20,873 bases of DNA from Candidatus Baldrarchaeum yapensis (GTDB lineage: Archaea > Asgardarchaeota > Baldrarchaeia > Baldrarchaeales > Baldrarchaeaceae), in assembly GCA_016840465.1 (NCBI GenBank), contig JAEOSH010000043.1:1-20873 (forward strand), given 5' to 3'. The position numbers and the translations under genes are program-made. Shown piece after piece: positions 15,855 through 20,873 of the stretch. Every line of letters begins with the position of its first letter. Position 1 is the stretch's first letter. Under the pieces are notes generated by a model. It had not been told where the DNA came from, did not search any database, and saw only the letters and a list, made by a program, of their open reading frames with translations.

Positions 15855-17345
15855 ATGGCCTGCCTGAAGATCGTTATTCCACCATTCACGCATGTGCTCA
15901 TGCCCCCGCTCGGACCCGCCGCTCTTGTAGCGTACCTTAGGAATAAGTATGCCGATGTGGAAGTACTCGATTTAAACGTGTCACTTCTGAAGATGTTACC
16001 CAAAAGCGTTAGAAATTCGCGAGACTATGCACAAATAGCCGACCATGCGGCCAGACTTTGTGATAAGATTTTCAGGCGATGGGCGGAGAACCCCGACGCG
16101 GATATAGAACAACTAAATGCGCTTATCGATCAGATACTTTCCGGAAATCCACACATAGTAGGCTTCTCATACTACTTTACAAATTTTTTGCTCTTCCCTC
16201 TTGCCAGCAGGGTGAAAGAGGAAGATCCGGAATTGAAAATAGTCGTCGGCGGGCCCACCGCAACCTTTAGTTATAGAGAGATTCTCGAAGGAAGCTTTGG
16301 AGTCGACTTCGTGGTATTGGGGGAGGGCGAAATTCCGTTATCCCAGCTGTATAGAGTTCTTGTAGAGGATGGGGACATTAGAAGCGTCGATGGAATAGCC
16401 TATAGGGATGGAGATGGAAAGATAATTGCTAAAGATGTAACTCTGATAGACGATCTGAACTCGCTACCGATTCCGGATTTCGAGGGCTTCAGTTTGAAGG
16501 ATTATTTCCTAATGAGGGTCTCTAGGGGGAGGTCCACGTTCCTGCCACTGGAAACCTCGAGGGGATGCGTCTTCAATTGTGCATACTGTCAGGAGAGGAT
16601 TCTTTGGAGGACATACCGTGAGAAGAGACCCGAGAGGGTGGTAGAAGAGTTAGAGCACGTGAAGAAGAAATACGGGGCCAAGGGTGTATGGTTTTGGGAT
16701 AGTCTTCTCAACGCGAGACCCGGAAGGCTGGAAAGAATCTGCGATGCCATTAGATCGAGCGGAGTAAATGTGGAATGGGGCGGGAGTATCTCCATTGCAA
16801 ACGTAAGCATCAACACGGTGGGTAAGCTGTATGATGCTGGCTGTCGCTTCCTCCAAATAGGGATGGAAAGCGCAAGCACCGAGGTTCTTAGATCGATGAG
16901 AAAGCCCGTAGATGTGGAAAAGGCGGCGCTATTGATTAAGAAGTTGAGCGATGCGGGAATATGGGTGCACATCTTCTTCATGGTGGGTTTTCCCACCGAG
17001 CGGTGGGAGGACTTCGAGGAATCGTTGAACTTCCTCATAGGCAACGCAGATTACATAGACAGCATAAGCGTATCGCCCTTCAGCCCCGCTGAAAACACGC
17101 CGATCGTCCTAAACCCTCAGACGTTCAACATATCGGATCTGAGAAGGCTCGTTATAAGGACGAAAAAGGGCAATATACCGTGCGGTTTCTCATTCAGCAG
17201 CCCCCATGTTGACGAGGTGGAGGTGGAGAGAAGGTTCCAGGTCATGGTGGAACTGGCGGAGGAGCTGGGAATATTGATCGGCGAGTTCCACCCACTCTTT
17301 TACATGGCTGGGCAGGAGTACGAGGGGAGTTCTTTAAGCAAATAA
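15855..17345 (+). CDS. B12-binding-domain radical SAM protein (class B-like), substrate unknown
   Basis: MPPLGPAALVAYL, IVVGGPTAT and DFVVLGEGE (cobalamin-binding region). ETSRGCVFNCAYC gives CxxxCxxC at C238/242/245. IGMESAS and FFMVGFPTE. Confidence 0.92.
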   Translation: MACLKIVIPPFTHVLMPPLGPAALVAYLRNKYADVEVLDLNVSLLKMLPKSVRNSRDYAQIADHAARLCDKIFRRWAENPDADIEQLNALIDQILSGNPHIVGFSYYFTNFLLFPLASRVKEEDPELKIVVGGPTATFSYREILEGSFGVDFVVLGEGEIPLSQLYRVLVEDGDIRSVDGIAYRDGDGKIIAKDVTLIDDLNSLPIPDFEGFSLKDYFLMRVSRGRSTFLPLETSRGCVFNCAYCQERILWRTYREKRPERVVEELEHVKKKYGAKGVWFWDSLLNARPGRLERICDAIRSSGVNVEWGGSISIANVSINTVGKLYDAGCRFLQIGMESASTEVLRSMRKPVDVEKAALLIKKLSDAGIWVHIFFMVGFPTERWEDFEESLNFLIGNADYIDSISVSPFSPAENTPIVLNPQTFNISDLRRLVIRTKKGNIPCGFSFSSPHVDEVEVERRFQVMVELAEELGILIGEFHPLFYMAGQEYEGSSLSK

Positions 17346-17534
17346 ATCGACCAAAGACCATGTAAAAAATGTAATAAAGCCGAGAAAAGCCACTTAGCCA
17401 TCTCTTCGTCGTGTTACGCAAAGCAATCCAAGGATGGCAGGATGGGAGCGGTTCAGAGGCCCGTTCTCCTCACAGATCGGCGACGTGCAATTTCATCATC
17501 ACCGGAAATGATAACCCTTCCTCGCAATATAAAC

Positions 17535-18158
17535 TCACTCTTTGGGTTCCTCAGGTCTTGGAAGTCCCTTCCTCCTCTTCACGCCTATTTCGTCCCTCAG
17601 ACACCATATTCCTTCAAACGGATCCAGAATTACGATTCCGAGTTTCGACGCGAGGTTGTCGCTCACGATTATTTCCCTCTCCCCCAGCATCACTGTCACT
17701 TTAGCCGGTACGGGATCCGTCCTTCTATCATCTAACACCAGCTCTACAGATGCGGGGGCGTTAATACGCATTCCAAGGCTTCTCCTCCCACGAGTGTATA
17801 TCTGATCATTTCAGAAATAGACTATTCACTAGGATGAATATTGCCGATACTTTCAACCATCATGGAAACCCCAACTTTTATAAACCCGGCTGGGAACATC
17901 GATCGTGGTGCCCGTCGATGTGGCCCCCGATGGGCCGCCGAGGGGATGAGGCGGCCGAGGGGGGAAGCCCGTGCGGGTTCCCAAAATACCCTTAGTTTCC
18001 AAAAGATAACGCACGGGCAACCACAATCCCATTCTTTCAATCATGGAATACGGAACTATTATCTCCGATTCATCCGATTCAAAGCCGCTGTTCACGAGCA
18101 CAGGCGCCACTATTTCCCTATCTCCGATTTTTATCTTCATCAGCACTCTTAGGCCCAA
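17535..18158 (-). pseudogene. Retropepsin-like protein (NSGFE variant), split by an insertion and a frameshift
   Basis: N-part MGLRV…VLVNSGFESDESEIIVPYSMIERMGLWLPV (18158-18012, GAGGT RBS), middle SISEMIRYTLVGGEALECVLTP (from 17821), frameshift in the C5 run (17754-17758), and C-part ASVELVLDD…IIVSDNLASKLGIVILDPFEGIWCLRDE. Joined, this gives a single protein of about 144 aa. Confidence 0.7.
17822..18011 (+). mobile_element. ~190-bp insert with TATA box and GC-rich structured core (candidate non-autonomous element or small RNA cassette); boundaries approximate
   Basis: It interrupts the protease frame. TTTTATAAA at 17876-17884; 17885-17982 is about 74% GC with several stems. No target-site duplication or terminal inverted repeat was seen. 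Confidence 0.45.
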
Positions 18159-18225
18159 TTTTTATTACCTCTTTCTTCCTTATTTTCCCGATCCTCCCAA
18201 CCTTCTTGCGAACCCTTATGAGCAT
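18118..18225 (-). CDS. 35-aa basic peptide, possibly an internally deleted AbrB/SpoVT-like antitoxin remnant
   Basis: MLIRVRKKVGRIGKIRKKEVIKIGPKSADEDKNRR, with GGTGA RBS and TATATATA at 18268-18275. It overlaps the protease start. The family call rests only on the N-terminal 'vRkKVG' resemblance. Confidence 0.4.
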   Translation of the reverse strand: MLIRVRKKVGRIGKIRKKEVIKIGPKSADEDKNRR

Positions 18226-18311
18226 ACCACTCACCGGTACATACCAACTATGACTTCACGAAACCGCTATATATACCTGTTAATCGTGACCGTAAACCAA
18301 CGCCTGCACAT

Positions 18312-18988
18312 TCAGTTATGCACACACTTCTTAATTGAATATACTAGTTCAAGAAACCTGATCAAATGGCCGAATGCCGATCTTAATGTTTCCTCCCTAG
18401 ATTCCTCAATTAATCTTATAACATCCTTAATGCTGTTCAAATTGCGAAGTTTTAGGAACTCTTTTGCATCACGATAGCCTTTGAGAATTTCTTTGTCAAA
18501 CTTCTCTTCTAAAAGTAATAAACGGGCTATATAGTCCTCTATAAAATGGCTTTCAAAGGGAGATCCCTAATTCCGGAGACAAGTATGAGTATTGGAAATT
18601 TTCCGTTTTTAATATCAAATAAATTTTCATCGACCGCATTCAGTTCTTTAACTGGAACTCCACTCGATTTTAACGAGTTCATGACGGATCGTGCTCTCTG
18701 CTCGTAATCATACTCATCCGCATCAATTATAACTCCAATAACTTTGATTTTCTTGGAAATTTGCGATAAAGTCGCAATATAGCTTGTAATTTCACGTATT
18801 GCTGGTACGCCTTCACAATCCGTCACTCCCATGTTAATATCCGGCAATTCTAATTTCTTAATGATGGCTTTTAGCACCTCCGCATCGGTCCTCCCTTCAC
18901 AAAGCACTATGACCTCTAACTCTTTAACAATTTTCCTAGCAAGTGCGTAAAACGCATTTTCATGAGGCTTTAACTGAACTATCGGCAC
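18312..18988 (-). pseudogene. TOPRIM-fold protein (DUF3226/OLD-like) with a -1 frameshift (pseudogene, error or recoding)
   Basis: VLCEGRTD and IIDAD TOPRIM motifs. Frame 0 stops at 18539-18541. The -1 frame from 18554-18560 continues PFESHFIEDYIARL…KKCVHN* to 18312, restoring 225 aa. Confidence 0.8.
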
Positions 18989-19000
18989 ATCTATGCCTCC

Positions 19001-20095
19001 TCATATAATGTCCAGAAATCTGGGGTCTATTCCCATTCTATCAAGTACGCTGACGTTTTCCGGCGTTAGTCGCCGCACATTCACATTGCCGGCCTTATCT
19101 CTCTCCATGAAGAAGATAGCGACATCTACATTCTTTTCTCTGGCAATTGCGTTCAAGAGTTTTATGAGTTCGAGGCTATGAGTCGTTATGAACGCCTGGA
19201 CCCTGTTCTCCATCACCATCTCAAGAAAAATTTCGAGAGTCTTAGCAAGCCCGCTGGGATGCTGGTGATTCTCGGGTTCCTCGATGAGAACTGCCGTATT
19301 CTTGGATAACGCGGCTACCATTATTATCATCATGGAGACCTTTGCACCATCGCCCAAATCGTCAACTCTGACGATTGCATCCGGCAACTTTACGACCAAC
19401 TGGAAGATTTCACCGTACGGCACATAGGTTATGTCTTCGGCCTCCACGTCGTATCCGCTCTTCAACATCCGAATTATTATCTTATCAAGCCTATATTTCA
19501 GCAGATCCCTCCACAAAATCTTCTCAACATGCTCTATTTCACGCATCAGATTTGCATCTATGAACTCCATATCGCTTAGGAATCTTCTTACCTTCTCACC
19601 TCGTCCCCCGACAAACTCGTCCAAAACGCGCATTACGAGGTCCGTGGAAGTCTTCATCATGGACTTGTTTTTCGAATTTACGGCGCCATAATGTATTAGG
19701 CACATGTGATCGAAATCTCTATATGGCACCTCCAAGATCGGATGCTCATGCCACTCGAAAAGTTTCGTCTTTAACTTAATACCATCACAGAACACAAATT
19801 CCACTTCTATCGGATCCTCACACTTATACATGTGCCACAAAACCTCACGGTCCCTATCCCACGTTAACCCTCTGAACCCCCTCCGATTCAGGAGGTAGGA
19901 GATCTTATCCGATATACCGTCTTTCTTATGAAGTCTCTCCTCGAACTTAAAAGCGGCAGACGCTAAATATATGGCTTCGAGAAGCGAAGACTTCCCACTA
20001 TTGTTCCTACCTATAAACACGTTCACCCTGCTCAAACCTTCAATCTTGCAACTCTTTATTGCTCGATAATTCTTGATCTCGAGAGATGTTATCAT
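19001..20095 (-). CDS. ABC-type ATPase of the AAA_15/AAA_21 (OLD/AriA-like) group
   Basis: LEIKNYRAIK, Walker A GRNNSGKS, signature-like LGDGAK, Walker B VLIEEPENHQHP and H-switch FITTHS. It sits 12 nt upstream of the TOPRIM gene. Confidence 0.9.
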   Translation of the reverse strand: MITSLEIKNYRAIKSCKIEGLSRVNVFIGRNNSGKSSLLEAIYLASAAFKFEERLHKKDGISDKISYLLNRRGFRGLTWDRDREVLWHMYKCEDPIEVEFVFCDGIKLKTKLFEWHEHPILEVPYRDFDHMCLIHYGAVNSKNKSMMKTSTDLVMRVLDEFVGGRGEKVRRFLSDMEFIDANLMREIEHVEKILWRDLLKYRLDKIIIRMLKSGYDVEAEDITYVPYGEIFQLVVKLPDAIVRVDDLGDGAKVSMMIIMVAALSKNTAVLIEEPENHQHPSGLAKTLEIFLEMVMENRVQAFITTHSLELIKLLNAIAREKNVDVAIFFMERDKAGNVNVRRLTPENVSVLDRMGIDPRFLDII

Positions 20096-20300
20096 AAGAT
20101 CTCCTCTTTCCGCAGATCGATTGATGAATATATCACAAAATCAATAACGCATTGAGTTTATAACAACTTTATGCAAGAGAATTTCTCATACGAGATGCGG
20201 TTTCATAAGTGCGCCAAAAGGCCTCCTAGCCTCACCGGGTTAGAAAAGATAAAATATTGCACATAAAGTACCGTGAAACTCCCTTTAAACGACACCCGCT

Positions 20301-20555
20301 CTACTTACCAAAAAGCAATTTCACCAGTACCCTGAATTCGACCCACATGTGCAGGATTGTTAAAATCCCCATTACTATGCCACTAATCGTGTGGATCTTG
20401 CTGATAACGTCAACAGTCGCCTTGGGAAGATAGCCCCTTAAGAACTGTATCATGAGTATCCCGGTTACCAGCACCACGAAAAAGTCTATGAATAACAATA
20501 GCGTGACCGGCCGCCTGGCTTTCCTCCTAAGAGTTGCCACATACATTTCTCTCAC
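20301..20555 (-). CDS. Small two-helix membrane protein, DUF4405-like; likely start ATG 20546
   Basis: Two hydrophobic helices. IHTISGIVMGILTILHMW carries the paired His typical of DUF4405/cytochrome-b-like segments. GGTGA RBS before ATG 20546. Confidence 0.7.
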   Translation of the reverse strand: MREMYVATLRRKARRPVTLLLFIDFFVVLVTGILMIQFLRGYLPKATVDVISKIHTISGIVMGILTILHMWVEFRVLVKLLFGK

Positions 20556-20557
20556 CA

Positions 20558-20597
20558 GGATAGTAAAAATTTTTACTATTTATAATCATTACTATCC
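20558..20597. promoter_or_regulatory. Palindromic operator array flanking a TATA box
   Basis: Perfect 20-bp palindrome ATAGTAAAAATTTTTACTAT (20560-20579) plus a third half-site TTACTATCC (20589-20597). Minus-strand TTATAAAT lies between them, directly upstream of the membrane gene. Confidence 0.7.
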
Positions 20598-20873
20598 GGA
20601 AACATAACTGCTGGTCAATCAATAGTGCCAAAAGGACAAGATCGGGGTGCATGGCAATTTTGCATGGCTGGCATGGTATCTTTGGTCAAGAAGCAGCAAT
20701 AAGAACGTCATTCTTACGCTCTAAGGGGTGCCCGTTGCGTCGACGACAGTATGCGTTCGACATCCTAATATAAAATTCCACGTCATATCCTAATGTGAGC
20801 CACGGAGAACTCCTATGGCACGTGATCGCAGATGACAGAGGACAGTGATTTGTGCAGGGAGAAGTGCTTCGAG

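Noticed and set aside
17346-17534. Possible precursor peptide for the radical SAM enzyme; minus-strand TATA plus GGTGA plus ATG giving MMKLHVADL*
   Set aside because: Only a 9-codon frame; alternative frames give no recognisable leader or core peptide.
17885-17982. GC-rich segment as tRNA, SRP RNA, RNase P RNA, C/D sRNA or hammerhead ribozyme
   Set aside because: No cloverleaf or T-loop, no SRP helix-8 motif, no GAGGAAAGUCC, no RUGAUGA/CUGA pair and no CUGAUGA/GAAA core.
17822-18072. ORFs crossing the insert (17822-18040, the 3' half of 17853-18158, part of 17841-18152)
   Set aside because: Pro/Gly/Arg-rich read-through of GC-rich non-coding sequence.
20600-20873. GCATGG triplet near 20647-20675 and a GGTGCCCGT 9-mer shared with 17908-17916
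   Set aside because: Too short and irregular for a CRISPR array, iteron set or second element copy; no supportable gene at the window end.

Overview
Archaeal chromosomal window (TATA-box promoters, GGTGA/GGAGG ribosome-binding sites, PaREP1 genes, K/E/R/I-rich proteins suggesting a thermophile; lineage cannot be fixed from sequence alone). The left half (238-8997, minus strand) is one tightly coupled six-gene operon: MoxR-type AAA+ ATPase, HExxH metallopeptidase-VWA fusion, catalytically dead classic-clade AAA protein, an atypical SMC (Smc5/6-like head features, FSKGQ signature), a compact ScpA-like kleisin and a ScpB-like KITE. This SMC-kleisin-KITE plus AAA+/VWA-peptidase unit is the best candidate for an undescribed system. 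The right half (about 9.2-20.9 kb) is an accessory region: ASCH-HTH, VapBC, lysine 6-dehydrogenase/saccharopine dehydrogenase family enzyme, two PaREP1 genes around an ARPP-1/DUF6569-like gene, two broken retropepsin-like genes (one split by a ~190-bp insert with a TATA box and a GC-rich structured core), a surface glycoprotein, a B12-binding radical SAM enzyme, an ABC-ATPase plus frameshifted TOPRIM pair (split-OLD/PARIS-like) and a DUF4405-like membrane protein behind a palindromic operator. Bases 1-141 form a perfect fold-back, most likely an assembly-end artefact. No rRNA, tRNA or CRISPR array was seen. All family calls come from motifs recognised by eye, not from database searches.
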